Shown: positions 9,659 through 20,336 of the stretch, in pieces | Position numbering within the stretch: position 1 is the stretch's first letter | Layout of the letters: the number at the start of each line of letters is the position of its first letter | NCBI GenBank assembly: GCA_045563135.1 | Contig: JBJKUL010000001.1 | Coordinates: 485,351 to 549,350, forward strand | From: Candidatus Actinomarina sp. | GTDB taxonomy: Bacteria > Actinomycetota > Acidimicrobiia > Actinomarinales > Actinomarinaceae | DNA length: 64,000 nucleotides | Reading direction: 5' to 3' | Notes under the pieces: generated by a model | Told to the model about the DNA's origin: nothing | What the model saw: the letters and a program-made list of their open reading frames with translations, nothing else | Database searches by the model: none | Translations under genes and position numbers: made by a program

Positions 9659-9961
9659 ATGCCAAGATGTGATTATTGCGGTAGGTCTCTTTTTAAGAAT
9701 GTGTCTGGAAAATATTTCCTGTGTTCAACTAAATGTAAATCGAAATTTAAAAACCAAAATTTTATGTTGAAATTAGAAAAAAACGTATTTTTAAATGTAG
9801 TTGATGGAATCACACCCAATGACGTGAACAAATTTATTGAATCTGATAAGTTTGATGTGATTTCAGCTGTAAGAAGGCTAGTCTATTTCAAAAAAATTTT
9901 ATATATTAAAACAAATGATGAAATAAAACAGTCAACAAAGTTATTTATAGAGAAAAAATAG
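9659..9961 (+). CDS. Hypothetical protein with N-terminal Cys4 zinc-ribbon
   Basis: CDYCGRS...CSTKCKS at the N-terminus; begins 2 nt after the preceding gene. Confidence 0.4.
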   Translation: MPRCDYCGRSLFKNVSGKYFLCSTKCKSKFKNQNFMLKLEKNVFLNVVDGITPNDVNKFIESDKFDVISAVRRLVYFKKILYIKTNDEIKQSTKLFIEKK

Positions 9962-10562
9962 CACCCTTGTCAAATTTCGATAAAGAATATTGAACTATCG
10001 GACCTACCGTTAGTACCATCACCACAGTTCCATAGCCGTATGATCCTCCAAGAATTACTCCAATTATGAAGGCAGTAAAGTCTATCCCAACTCTAGTTGC
10101 TCTGATACTTGGTCCAAGCTTGGATATTCCAGTCATTATTCCATCTCTTGGACCGGGACCTAAGCCAGACCCTATGTAAACACCTACGCCAGTTGCAAAA
10201 ATCACTGTGCCAAAATACAAATACAAATGTCTTATATAGATAATTTCAGGAGAGGGTAAAAAATTCATGGTCAGGTCAATAACGTTCCCAATAGTTAATA
10301 TATTTATAATTGTACCTACAAAAGGTACTTGTTTTAAGGGAATCCATCCAAGCAACAATATAAATCCAGTTATTACACCTGCAAATCCAATTTTAACATT
10401 TATGAGTTTGCTAAATCCATCATGAAATACATCCCAAGAATTTAATCCTAAATTGGCTTCAATAGTGAAGGCCAATCCAAAACCACATAAAAATAAACCC
10501 AGCATTAATTGAGGTAAACGATTTAAAATTTCCCTTTTATTATTCAACAAACAAACTTTCAA
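9945..10562 (-). CDS. YczE/YitT-like (DUF161) integral membrane protein
   Basis: TIEANLGLNSWDVFHDGFSKL parallels the Bacillus YczE N-terminus; multi-TM. Confidence 0.55.
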   Translation of the reverse strand: MKVCLLNNKREILNRLPQLMLGLFLCGFGLAFTIEANLGLNSWDVFHDGFSKLINVKIGFAGVITGFILLLGWIPLKQVPFVGTIINILTIGNVIDLTMNFLPSPEIIYIRHLYLYFGTVIFATGVGVYIGSGLGPGPRDGIMTGISKLGPSIRATRVGIDFTAFIIGVILGGSYGYGTVVMVLTVGPIVQYSLSKFDKGAIFSL

Positions 10563-10908
10563 GTCTATTTATATACTCAGGACAAAGTTCATAAGTTGAT
10601 TGAAATCTAAGAATAGGAAGAATCCTATTGTTGATATTTACATTAATTCCATTCTCCCCAAGCACTTTTTGAATCTGAATTAGAGATTCTTTTTCGCTAC
10701 TCCACAGATCACTTGATTCGCATACTTTCTTGCCAATTGAGATTAAACTATCATCAGAGATATTCGAGAGAGTTTCTTCACTATCTGCAATTCTTATTTG
10801 AGCTATAAAATCTTTACCGAATGTATCAAAATTATTATTAAATAGGATTATCACAAATACAGCTAAAGAAACGAATACTATAAAGCTTAAAATTGGTAAT
10901 TTCTTCAA
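10540..10908 (-). CDS. Secreted DUF732-like protein (TTG start)
   Basis: N-terminal signal/TM anchor; two spaced Cys (KKVCESS ... YELCPEY) in the actinobacterial DUF732 pattern. Confidence 0.45.
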   Translation of the reverse strand: MKKLPILSFIVFVSLAVFVIILFNNNFDTFGKDFIAQIRIADSEETLSNISDDSLISIGKKVCESSDLWSSEKESLIQIQKVLGENGINVNINNRILPILRFQSTYELCPEYINRLESLFVE

Positions 10909-10948
10909 GTTACCATTCTATACGCGTGTCTTATTTTATTGTTAAAAG

Positions 10949-11030
10949 TACCCGGAGGGGGAGTCGAACCCCCACATCCGAAGATACTGGATTTTGAATC
11001 CAGCGCGTCTGCCAATTCCGCCATCCGGGC
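10949..11030 (-). tRNA. tRNA-Leu (anticodon CAA), class II with long variable arm
   Basis: Reverse complement folds as acceptor GCCCGGA/TCCGGGT, anticodon stem CTGGA/TCCAG with loop TTCAAAA, T-arm GGGGG-TTCGACT-CCCCC, A73; CCA not encoded. Confidence 0.85.
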
Positions 11031-11099
11031 TTATCATTAATGATTATATTTCATATTGAATCCAAAGAGAGAAAAATAATTTAAGTTTACAATGAAAGA

Positions 11100-13601
11100 A
11101 TGATTGTTCTTGTTGATGGCTTCAGTATTGCATTTCGAGCTTTTTACGCACTACCCGAAACATTGATGACTTCAAAAGGTACACCAACAAATGTAATTCA
11201 TGGCTTCATGTCTATGCTCAACAAGATAACTTCTGACTATAAGTTAAATCAATTAATTGTTACCTGGGATCTTCCCGGACAAACGTTTCGAAATGAAATT
11301 TATACAGAATACAAAGCAAATAGAACTTCGGCACCTGATAATTTCAATCTTCAAATTCCATTACTTCAAAGTCTTTTAAAAACTTTCAATATACCCCAAG
11401 TATCGAAAGAAGGTTATGAAGCCGATGATGTGCTTGGTTCACTTTCGAAATCTTTAAACAGTGACAAAAAGAAAGTCCTTATTGTTACTGGAGATAGAGA
11501 TACCTTTCAATTAATTTCAAAAAAAACAAATATTTTGTATACCAAAAGAGGAATCTCCGATGTTGATTTGGTAGATGAAAAATTTTTCGTTGAGAAGTTT
11601 GGTATTAAAACTAGTCAGTATGTTGAATATCTAGCTTTAAAGGGTGACCCATCAGATAATATTCCAGGTCTTCCAGGAGTTGGGCAAAAAACTGCAACAA
11701 CTCTTCTCCAGGAGTATCAAAATATAGACAATATATATAAAAATTTAGATGATTTAACTCCAAAGATTAAAAGTTCTTTTGAAGAAAATAAAGAATTACT
11801 TCTTATGAGTAAAGAGTTGGCAACAATAAAAACTGATATTGAATTAGACATACCTGATACGCAAATAACAGATACAATATTTAAATCAGAATCTGTATTA
11901 CAAGATTCTCAGGAACAGGTTTCTGAGCTTGAATTAAATAAATACATTAGACAATATAAAACACAACAAGAAGACATGACCCCATCTCCTAAAAATACAA
12001 AATTAGTAGATATTACCAAACAGAACATGCCTCAAAAATCAATTATTTTTGAATACGAAGGAGATATTTACACAGTTTCCGAAGGTTTAGCTGGTAAGTT
12101 AATAGATCATGATGTAGAAAACAAAGAGTTTATCTCACTTACTACACAAAATATATATAAAATCAATCCAAATCTATCTGATAACAATTTTATAGCATAT
12201 GATTGCCTAGTATTTCTACACGAACCAAATAAAAGACCAGACACACTGCTAAACATTTGCAAACACATCGAACAAGCCAATCTTTTAACTAAGAAATCTT
12301 CTTTGGATGAATATATAAATTTTATCAGTATTAATTACAAAAAAGTTGTGGCTGAAATCAAAGAATTTAATAATGATAAAGATTTGATGAAGCTTTACAA
12401 AGATTTGGATTACCCCATAGCTTCTGTTCTTAATTTAATGCACACTAAGGGCGTAAAGGTTTCAAATAAAAAAATCGAATTAGTTTCCAAATTTATAAAT
12501 ACTGAAATTTCAACTTTTACAAAAAAAATCTTTCAGATTACAGAACAAGAATTTAATTTAAATTCTCCTAAACAATTAGCCAAGGTTCTATTTGAAGATA
12601 TGAAACTTCCAGTTATTAAAAAAACCCCTAAGGGAGCACCATCCACCGATGGATCTGTTTTAGATGAACTTTCAAAAGAATATGAAGTAGCAAATTACAT
12701 ACTTAAATATAGAGAGTATGAAAAAATCAGATCAACATATATTGATGGATTAAAGAGTGAAATCACGAGTGATAATAGAATCCATACAACATATAACTTA
12801 TTCGGAACTACTACCGGTAGACTGTCATCTGAAAAACCTAATCTCCAAAACATACCCAATAAGACTGATATTGGTCAAAAAATTCGTGAATTTTTTATTG
12901 CTGATAACAATCATGAATTTATAATTTCAGATTATTCCCAAATTGAACTTCGGGTCTTGGCTCACTTAAGTTCTGATACAAACATGATTAATATTTTAAA
13001 ATCACAAGATGCAGATATTCATACTGAAACTGCATCTAGGATATTTGATGTAAAAATTGAATCAGTAACCAAAGATATGAGAAGAAAAGCAAAAGAAGTT
13101 AATTTTGGTTTAATTTATGGAATGGAAGCATTTGGCTTGTCTAAAAGCTTAAATGTTTCCAAAAAAGAGGCTCAAGACTTAATAGACTCATACTTTGCAC
13201 AATTTCCAAAGATTAAAGGTTACTTGGACAGGATTGTTTCAGATGCAGAAAAGAATGGATACACCAAAACCCTCTATGGACGTAAGCGTTACATTAAAGA
13301 GCTGAGTTCATCTAATTTTCAACTAAAAGCAATGGGTAAAAGAATAGCAATGAATGCTCCAATTCAAGGTACAGCAGCAGATATTATGAAAATAGCTATG
13401 CTTGGCGTTCAGGAAAAGACTTTAAAATATGAATCTACCAATTTAATACTTCAAATACATGATGAAATAATTGTTCAGACACCAAAAGAATCATCTAAGG
13501 AGGTAATGAAAATTGTTAAAACCGAGATGGAGTCAGCCTCAAAATTAAAAGTTCCATTATTTGTTAATATCAAAGCGAGTAAAGATTTATCAAATAATTA
13601 A
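11100..13601 (+). CDS. polA: DNA polymerase I (5'-3' exonuclease plus polymerase domains; shortened middle domain)
   Basis: N-terminal 5' nuclease; polymerase motifs DYSQIELRVLAHLS and HDE at the C-terminus; 833 aa. Confidence 0.95.
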   Translation: MIVLVDGFSIAFRAFYALPETLMTSKGTPTNVIHGFMSMLNKITSDYKLNQLIVTWDLPGQTFRNEIYTEYKANRTSAPDNFNLQIPLLQSLLKTFNIPQVSKEGYEADDVLGSLSKSLNSDKKKVLIVTGDRDTFQLISKKTNILYTKRGISDVDLVDEKFFVEKFGIKTSQYVEYLALKGDPSDNIPGLPGVGQKTATTLLQEYQNIDNIYKNLDDLTPKIKSSFEENKELLLMSKELATIKTDIELDIPDTQITDTIFKSESVLQDSQEQVSELELNKYIRQYKTQQEDMTPSPKNTKLVDITKQNMPQKSIIFEYEGDIYTVSEGLAGKLIDHDVENKEFISLTTQNIYKINPNLSDNNFIAYDCLVFLHEPNKRPDTLLNICKHIEQANLLTKKSSLDEYINFISINYKKVVAEIKEFNNDKDLMKLYKDLDYPIASVLNLMHTKGVKVSNKKIELVSKFINTEISTFTKKIFQITEQEFNLNSPKQLAKVLFEDMKLPVIKKTPKGAPSTDGSVLDELSKEYEVANYILKYREYEKIRSTYIDGLKSEITSDNRIHTTYNLFGTTTGRLSSEKPNLQNIPNKTDIGQKIREFFIADNNHEFIISDYSQIELRVLAHLSSDTNMINILKSQDADIHTETASRIFDVKIESVTKDMRRKAKEVNFGLIYGMEAFGLSKSLNVSKKEAQDLIDSYFAQFPKIKGYLDRIVSDAEKNGYTKTLYGRKRYIKELSSSNFQLKAMGKRIAMNAPIQGTAADIMKIAMLGVQEKTLKYESTNLILQIHDEIIVQTPKESSKEVMKIVKTEMESASKLKVPLFVNIKASKDLSNN

Positions 13602-13655
13602 TATTCGTTTGTAAAAACCATAGATATGTTATGCTAAAAGTCGAAAATATTATGA

Positions 13656-14945
13656 TTGGAAAAACAAAACTATATGACAGATAATCAAGAGAAGGTTGTT
13701 GAACCTTCAAACGTTGTTGAGCTTCCTGACAACATCAAACCAGAAGACTTCCCAGATTTACTCGAAAAAACACTCATAACCTTCAATGATGGTGATGTTA
13801 TTGAAGGCACAATAGTTCGCATTGACAGAAATGAAGTAATGGTAGATGTTGGGTATAAATCTGAGGGTGTAATTCCTTCAAGAGAGCTTTCAGTCAGAAA
13901 ATCGGTTAATCCAAAAGATTTAGTTAATGAAGGTGACAAAATACAAGCCTTAGTTCTTGACAAAGAAGATGATGAAGGAAGGCTTATCCTATCTGTAAAA
14001 AGGGCAATTTACGAAAAGGCTTGGGGAGACATTCAAGAAATCTCAGATAATGACAAGTCGGTCAAAGGTACTGTTATTGAAAGTGTTAAAGGCGGCTTAA
14101 TTGTTGATATTGGAGTTAGAGGTTTTTTACCTGCTTCGTTAATTGACGTTAGACGAGTTAAAGAATTGACATCATATATAGGTGAAGAAATAGAGGCGAA
14201 GATTTTAGAATTAGATCGTCAACGAAATAATATTGTTCTTTCAAGAAAAGCTCATCTGGAAGAAGAGCAATCAGGAGAAAGACAAAGTTTCCTTGAAGAT
14301 TTAGAAGTCGGAAATATTAAAGAAGGAAAAATATCATCGATAGTTAATTTTGGAGCATTTGTAGACATTGGTGGTATGGATGGATTAGTTCACGTTTCTG
14401 AATTATCTTGGAGACACGTTGAAAATCCTAATGAGGTTGTAAAAGTCGGAGATACAGTAACAGTCAAAGTTCTTGAAATTGATAACGACAAGGAAAGAAT
14501 ATCTCTATCAATTAAACAAGTTACAGAAGACCCATGGCTTGATTTTGAACTGCAGTACAAACAGGATGATATTGTAGACGGAGATGTTACAAAAGTGGTC
14601 CCTTTCGGTGCATTTGTTACCATAGGAAAAGGTGTTGAGGGACTAGTACATGTATCAGAAATCTCCTCTGAAAAAGTTGACTCACCTGAGCTTGCACTAG
14701 CTATTGGTCAAAAGGTAAAAATAAAAATTACAGAATTAGATATCCCTAAGAGAAGAGTAAATCTCTCAATCAAACAAGCAGATCCAAACTGGAAAGATGT
14801 TGAAGAGAAAAAAAATGCTCCTAAGACACATTCTTCACAATCAGAGGAAAAGCAAGAACAAAAACGTCAAACAGTTGAGGGAGTAGATGAATCTCTAGAA
14901 AATATTCTTCAAGAGTTAAAAGAAAGAGGAATAGGAAACTCCTAA
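13656..14945 (+). CDS. rpsA: 30S ribosomal protein S1 (four S1 domains)
   Basis: Repeated S1 OB-fold motifs (GxV..I...GAFV.IG...GLVHVSE); follows polA as in Actinobacteria. Confidence 0.95.
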   Translation: MEKQNYMTDNQEKVVEPSNVVELPDNIKPEDFPDLLEKTLITFNDGDVIEGTIVRIDRNEVMVDVGYKSEGVIPSRELSVRKSVNPKDLVNEGDKIQALVLDKEDDEGRLILSVKRAIYEKAWGDIQEISDNDKSVKGTVIESVKGGLIVDIGVRGFLPASLIDVRRVKELTSYIGEEIEAKILELDRQRNNIVLSRKAHLEEEQSGERQSFLEDLEVGNIKEGKISSIVNFGAFVDIGGMDGLVHVSELSWRHVENPNEVVKVGDTVTVKVLEIDNDKERISLSIKQVTEDPWLDFELQYKQDDIVDGDVTKVVPFGAFVTIGKGVEGLVHVSEISSEKVDSPELALAIGQKVKIKITELDIPKRRVNLSIKQADPNWKDVEEKKNAPKTHSSQSEEKQEQKRQTVEGVDESLENILQELKERGIGNS

Positions 14946-14975
14946 TAACTCCTAATACTCTTTATTCTTAAGAGT

Positions 14976-15536
14976 ATGAATCCAAAAGTATATTTAATTA
15001 CTGGCCCCATAGGTAGTGGGAAATCTACTGCATGCAATTATATAAAACAACATGGGAAAACAACTGTAGATCTTGATATTGTCTCAAACTCTATTCTGGA
15101 AAGTCCAGAGTCTATTGATTTTCTAGAGAAAAATTTTAAGAGTTGCATTATAGATGGAAAAGTTGATAGAAAATTATTAGCAGAAATAGTATTCAAGGAA
15201 CCTTCACAACTCCAAATTCTTGAATCATACTTGCATCCGTTAGTCTTAGAAAAATTAAGTAAAATAATAGGAAAAGCAGAATCTGATGTTTTTATAGAAG
15301 TATCTGCACCAAAGAATCTTCATAAAGATTTTTCTTCGATAGTAATTATTGCTGATGAAAAAGTTCGAAGAGAAAGGCTTAAATTAAGAGGTATGTCTCC
15401 AGATGATATTGATAACAGAATTAATACACAACAAAATGAGGATTGGTGGCGGTCATTGGGAACAGTTGTTGAAAATGACACTTTGGTCGGATTAGAAAAT
15501 AACCTCAAAAAGATTCTTAACTTTAAAGATGAATAA
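14976..15536 (+). CDS. coaE: Dephospho-CoA kinase
   Basis: P-loop ITGPIGSGKST; size and position between rpsA and uvrB. Confidence 0.85.
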   Translation: MNPKVYLITGPIGSGKSTACNYIKQHGKTTVDLDIVSNSILESPESIDFLEKNFKSCIIDGKVDRKLLAEIVFKEPSQLQILESYLHPLVLEKLSKIIGKAESDVFIEVSAPKNLHKDFSSIVIIADEKVRRERLKLRGMSPDDIDNRINTQQNEDWWRSLGTVVENDTLVGLENNLKKILNFKDE

Positions 15537-17526
15537 ATTTAAAGTTATTTCTGACTTCTCTCCACAAGGGGATCAGCCTAATGCTATTCAAAATCTTAAA
15601 CAAGGTGTAATTAATAACTTAGACTACCAAACGCTAATGGGTATAACTGGCTCTGGAAAGTCAGCAACTATAGCCTGGTTAATAGAAGAGCTTCAAATGC
15701 CATCATTAGTTCTTGCTCCAAACAAAGCACTTGCTGCTCAACTTGCTAATGAATTTAAGCAATTTTTTCCAGAAAATAGAGTTGAGTATTTTGTTTCATA
15801 TTATGACTATTACCAACCAGAGGCATATGTCCCAAGAACAGATACTTTTATTGAAAAAGATTCAAATATTAATGAAGAAATTGATAGATTAAGACATTCT
15901 GCAACTAGTGCCCTTTTGCTACGTAAAGATGTAATCGTAGTATCTTCTGTATCTTGCATATACGGCTTGGGCTCACCTCAAGAGTATAAAAATAAAATTA
16001 TTCCTTTAATTAAAGGTAGTGAATTTGAATTAGATAAATTGCTAGAAGAGCTCATTCGCCAACAATATGTAAGAAATGATTTAGTAGTCACAAGAGGAAC
16101 TTTTAGATTGAAAGGGGATACCTTAGACATCTTTCCTGTTTATGAAGAGACAATCTTCAGAATCGAATACTTTGGTGATGAAATAGAAAACATTTCTCGG
16201 ATAGATCCAATAACAGGAGAGATACTTGAAAAACTTACGGAGTTGGCTATTTTGCCTGCTTCGCATTATGTTACCTCTGAAGATGTAATGAACAATGCTT
16301 TGAGCCAAATTGAAAAAGACATGAATAAACAAATTAAAAAATTTGAAAAAGAAGACAAACTTCTAGAAGCTCAAAGAATTAAACAGAGAACAATGTTTGA
16401 TCTAGAGATGCTTAGAGAATTAGGAGTATGTTCAGGAATAGAAAATTATTCAAGATATTTCGATGGAAGAAATCCAGGTGATCCTCCCTATACACTGCTT
16501 GATTTTTTTCAAGATGAATTTTTAATGGTGGTTGATGAAAGTCACATAGCTATACCTCAAATTAGGGGACAATTCGCAGGAGATAAGTCCAGAAAGACTA
16601 CTCTTGTAGACTATGGTTTTAGATTACCTGCTGCATTAGATAACAGACCCCTTAAGTTTGAAGAGTGGCAGACTAAGGTTAAAAACACAGTTTTAGTTTC
16701 TGCAACACCAGGTAAATGGGAAAATTCTAATTCCCAAAATTTTGTTGAACAAATTATTAGACCAACAGGTTTAATTGACCCAAAGATAGTTATTAGACCG
16801 ACTGAAAATCAAATTGAAGATTTATTAAAAGAAATAAAACAAGTTATATCAAAGGGAAATAGAGTTTTAGTAACAACATTGACAAAAAAAATGAGTGAAG
16901 CTTTAAGTGACTATTTCTTAAAAATGGGTATAAAAACACGTTACTTACATTCGGATATAGACACCCTTGAAAGAATTGAAATCTTGCGTGATTTACGTAA
17001 AGGAGAATTCGACGTACTAGTTGGGATCAACCTTTTAAGAGAGGGATTAGATTTACCAGAAGTAGAGCTTGTAGCAATAATGGATGCCGACAAGGAAGGT
17101 TTCCTAAGGTCTGAAACGAGTTTAATTCAAACTATAGGAAGAGCTGCACGTAATAAAGATGGTTACGTAATTATGTATGCCGATAGAAAAACTGATTCAA
17201 TATCTAAGTCTGTATTTGAAACTAATAGAAGAAGAGAAATACAAATGGCTCATAATGAAAAATATAACATCACACCAACAACAATTTCGAAAGAAATAAC
17301 AGACATTCTTGAGATGGTAGAAAAAAACAGACCTTCAAAAGATGATATGACCTTTAGGTCAAATATAGATCTTAAAAATGCATCGAAACAGGATTTGTAT
17401 AAAATATCCAAAAATATTGAAAAAGAAATGAAGGTTGCAGCAGATTTATTAGAGTTTGAATTAGCTGCTAGGTTAAGAGACGAGCTTAAAGAAATTAAAA
17501 AAGAAATAATGGAGTTACCAAACTGA
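15529..17526 (+). CDS. uvrB: Excinuclease ABC subunit B
   Basis: Helicase motifs GITGSGKS and DESH; beta-hairpin region; C-terminal UVR domain (ELAARLRDELKEIKKE). Confidence 0.97.
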   Translation: MNKFKVISDFSPQGDQPNAIQNLKQGVINNLDYQTLMGITGSGKSATIAWLIEELQMPSLVLAPNKALAAQLANEFKQFFPENRVEYFVSYYDYYQPEAYVPRTDTFIEKDSNINEEIDRLRHSATSALLLRKDVIVVSSVSCIYGLGSPQEYKNKIIPLIKGSEFELDKLLEELIRQQYVRNDLVVTRGTFRLKGDTLDIFPVYEETIFRIEYFGDEIENISRIDPITGEILEKLTELAILPASHYVTSEDVMNNALSQIEKDMNKQIKKFEKEDKLLEAQRIKQRTMFDLEMLRELGVCSGIENYSRYFDGRNPGDPPYTLLDFFQDEFLMVVDESHIAIPQIRGQFAGDKSRKTTLVDYGFRLPAALDNRPLKFEEWQTKVKNTVLVSATPGKWENSNSQNFVEQIIRPTGLIDPKIVIRPTENQIEDLLKEIKQVISKGNRVLVTTLTKKMSEALSDYFLKMGIKTRYLHSDIDTLERIEILRDLRKGEFDVLVGINLLREGLDLPEVELVAIMDADKEGFLRSETSLIQTIGRAARNKDGYVIMYADRKTDSISKSVFETNRRREIQMAHNEKYNITPTTISKEITDILEMVEKNRPSKDDMTFRSNIDLKNASKQDLYKISKNIEKEMKVAADLLEFELAARLRDELKEIKKEIMELPN

Positions 17527-20336
17527 TGTCTCAAGATTTTTTAAAAGTCAAGGGTGCTAAAGAACATAATCTTAAAAATGTTTCACTAGATATTCCAAAA
17601 AATAAATTTATCGTTATAACCGGTTTATCTGGTTCAGGAAAATCTTCTCTGGCATTTGATACAATATACGCAGAAGGTCAAAGAAGATATGTAGAGTCCT
17701 TGTCTGCATACGCTAGACAGTTTCTCGGCCAAATGGAAAAACCTGACGTTGAGAGTATTGAAGGCCTATCACCAGCAATTGCAATAGACCAAAAAACTTC
17801 CTCCAGAAGTCCTAGATCTACAGTTGGAACTGTTACAGAAATTCATGATTACCTAAGATTGCTTTGGGCAAGAATTGGAATAAGTTACTGTCCTATATGT
17901 GGGTCAAAAATTGAAAAACAATCAGTTGATTTTATAGTTAATCAAGTCATGTCACTTGGTGAAAATGTTGATATTGAAATACTTGCTCCTGTGGTTAAAT
18001 CAAGAAAGGGAGAGTTTGAAACTCTTTTTAGAGATTTGTTAAAGGATGGATTTACTCGAGCATATGTTGATGGTGAGCTTATCAGGCTTGATGAAGCAAA
18101 AAGATTAGATAAATATTTCAATCATGATATCTCTGTTCTTGTGGATAGGGTAAAGATTAAAAAAACTGCAGGTCGTCGATTACCGCAATCTGTAGAAACG
18201 GCACTAAAACTTACTGGTGGAACTTTAGATATTAAATTTAATGATAATATTCAAAATTATAGTCAAAATCTAGGATGTCTCGAATGTGGTACTTCCTATG
18301 ACAAATTAGAGCCTAGAGATTTTTCATTTAACTCACCTTTTGGGGCATGCAAAACATGTAACGGTTTAGGTATTAATTATGAGATAGATGAAAAATTACT
18401 TATTAAAAATAGAGACCTCACGATAAATGAGAATGTATTTCCCGATATGTCTACCAGAAAATACTTTAGAGCCCAGATTTATGGTGTTTGTGAATTTTTT
18501 GAAATACCAATGGATGTCTCATACAAAGATTTGAGTGAAAATGATAAGCATATCTTATTAAACGGAAGCGACGGAATTAAAACACCAATCAGATACACAA
18601 ATAGGTTTGGAAATTCAAGAACGTGGGAGAGAGCATATCCGGGAATAATTCCAATGTTTAAAAGGCTCTATGAAGAAACCACCTCAGATCATGCTAGAGA
18701 TTATTATATGCAATTCATGAGAGAGTTACCCTGTGGTGGTTGCGATGGGGAAAGACTTAATGAGAGATCTAGAATGGTCCAAGTTAAATCACTAACATTA
18801 GGTGAATTTAATAAATTATCAATTAAAAAAGCTCACGAAGTTGTGAATAAATTAAAACTATCTGGAAATTCTAAAGAAATTGCTGAAGCCATTTTAAGAG
18901 AAATAAAAGAGAGGTTAAATTTTCTAAATGAAGTCGGTTTAGGATATCTTCAATTAAACAGAGGAGCGGCGACACTTTCTGGAGGCGAAGCTCAAAGAAT
19001 TAGACTTGCTACTCAGATAGGATCTGGATTAACAGGAGTACTCTATGTCTTAGATGAACCTTCTATAGGACTGCATCAGTCTGACAATAATAAGTTAATT
19101 GAAACTCTGATTAGGTTGAGAAATCTAGGTAACACAGTTTTAGTAGTCGAGCACGACGAAGAAACTATGAAACAGTCAGATCATTTAATAGATATTGGCT
19201 GGGGGGCAGGAGAGCAAGGTGGAAATATAGTTGCATCAGGAACATGGCAAGAAGTTTCAGAAGTTAAAAAATCTATCACCGGAAGGTATTTATCTGGAAG
19301 GGTAAAAGTTCCTTACCCAAAAGTAAGAAGGCAAGGTAATAAGTCAAAAATCGTCCTTAGAGGAGCACAAGAAAATAATTTAAAAAATTTAACGGTTGAA
19401 TTTCCTTTAGGTAAATTTATATCTGTAACTGGAGTATCTGGTAGTGGTAAGTCAACACTTGTAACTGAGATATTATCAAAAGCTATACAAAATGAATTTA
19501 CAAGAAAAAATTGGGTCCCACCAGGAGTACACAAAAGCATTTCAGGATTAAATTATCTGGACAAATTAATAGAAATTGATCAATCTCCCATAGGGAGAAC
19601 CCCAAGATCAAATCCTGCAACTTATTCAGGAGTTTTTGATATGATCCGAAAACTATATTCAATGACAGAAGAATCAAAAATACGTGGATATAAACCCGGT
19701 AGGTTTTCCTTTAATGTACCTGGTGGTAGGTGTGAGGTCTGTAAGGGTGATGGAACAATAAAAGTTGAAATGTACTTTCTTCCTGATGTATATGTTAAAT
19801 GTGAGGATTGTGATGGTTCCAGATATAACCCTGAAACTTTAAGCATAAAGTGGAAAGGTTACAGTATTGCCGATATTTTAAATTCAACCATTGAAAATGC
19901 TTTAAAAATATTTGAGAATCAGCCTTCAATTTTTAAGATTATAAAAACACTTGATGATGTTGGATTGTCTTATATTACTTTAGGCCAAGCCGCAACAACG
20001 CTATCCGGAGGAGAAGCACAACGAGTAAAATTAGCCAAAGAATTAAGCAAAAGGTCAACTGGCCAAACTATGTATATACTTGATGAGCCAACAACAGGTT
20101 TACACTTTGCAGATGTACAAAAACTATTAGAGGTTTTACACATGCTTGTAGACAAAGGAAATACAGTAGTCGTTATAGAACACAATCTTGATGTAGTTAA
20201 AAATTCAGATTGGGTAATTGATCTAGGTCCAGAGGGTGGAGAAAATGGCGGAAAAGTTGTTGCTTCTGGTACTCCCGAAAGCATTGTAAGGGATAAAAAT
20301 TCACTTACCGGTAAATATCTAAAAAGCTTGCTATAA
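17526..20336 (+). CDS. uvrA: Excinuclease ABC subunit A
   Basis: Two ABC ATPase modules ([18 protein letters not shown]; LSGGEAQR twice) and zinc-finger Cys clusters; ATG shares one nucleotide with the uvrB stop (TGATG). Confidence 0.97.
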   Translation: MSQDFLKVKGAKEHNLKNVSLDIPKNKFIVITGLSGSGKSSLAFDTIYAEGQRRYVESLSAYARQFLGQMEKPDVESIEGLSPAIAIDQKTSSRSPRSTVGTVTEIHDYLRLLWARIGISYCPICGSKIEKQSVDFIVNQVMSLGENVDIEILAPVVKSRKGEFETLFRDLLKDGFTRAYVDGELIRLDEAKRLDKYFNHDISVLVDRVKIKKTAGRRLPQSVETALKLTGGTLDIKFNDNIQNYSQNLGCLECGTSYDKLEPRDFSFNSPFGACKTCNGLGINYEIDEKLLIKNRDLTINENVFPDMSTRKYFRAQIYGVCEFFEIPMDVSYKDLSENDKHILLNGSDGIKTPIRYTNRFGNSRTWERAYPGIIPMFKRLYEETTSDHARDYYMQFMRELPCGGCDGERLNERSRMVQVKSLTLGEFNKLSIKKAHEVVNKLKLSGNSKEIAEAILREIKERLNFLNEVGLGYLQLNRGAATLSGGEAQRIRLATQIGSGLTGVLYVLDEPSIGLHQSDNNKLIETLIRLRNLGNTVLVVEHDEETMKQSDHLIDIGWGAGEQGGNIVASGTWQEVSEVKKSITGRYLSGRVKVPYPKVRRQGNKSKIVLRGAQENNLKNLTVEFPLGKFISVTGVSGSGKSTLVTEILSKAIQNEFTRKNWVPPGVHKSISGLNYLDKLIEIDQSPIGRTPRSNPATYSGVFDMIRKLYSMTEESKIRGYKPGRFSFNVPGGRCEVCKGDGTIKVEMYFLPDVYVKCEDCDGSRYNPETLSIKWKGYSIADILNSTIENALKIFENQPSIFKIIKTLDDVGLSYITLGQAATTLSGGEAQRVKLAKELSKRSTGQTMYILDEPTTGLHFADVQKLLEVLHMLVDKGNTVVVIEHNLDVVKNSDWVIDLGPEGGENGGKVVASGTPESIVRDKNSLTGKYLKSLL

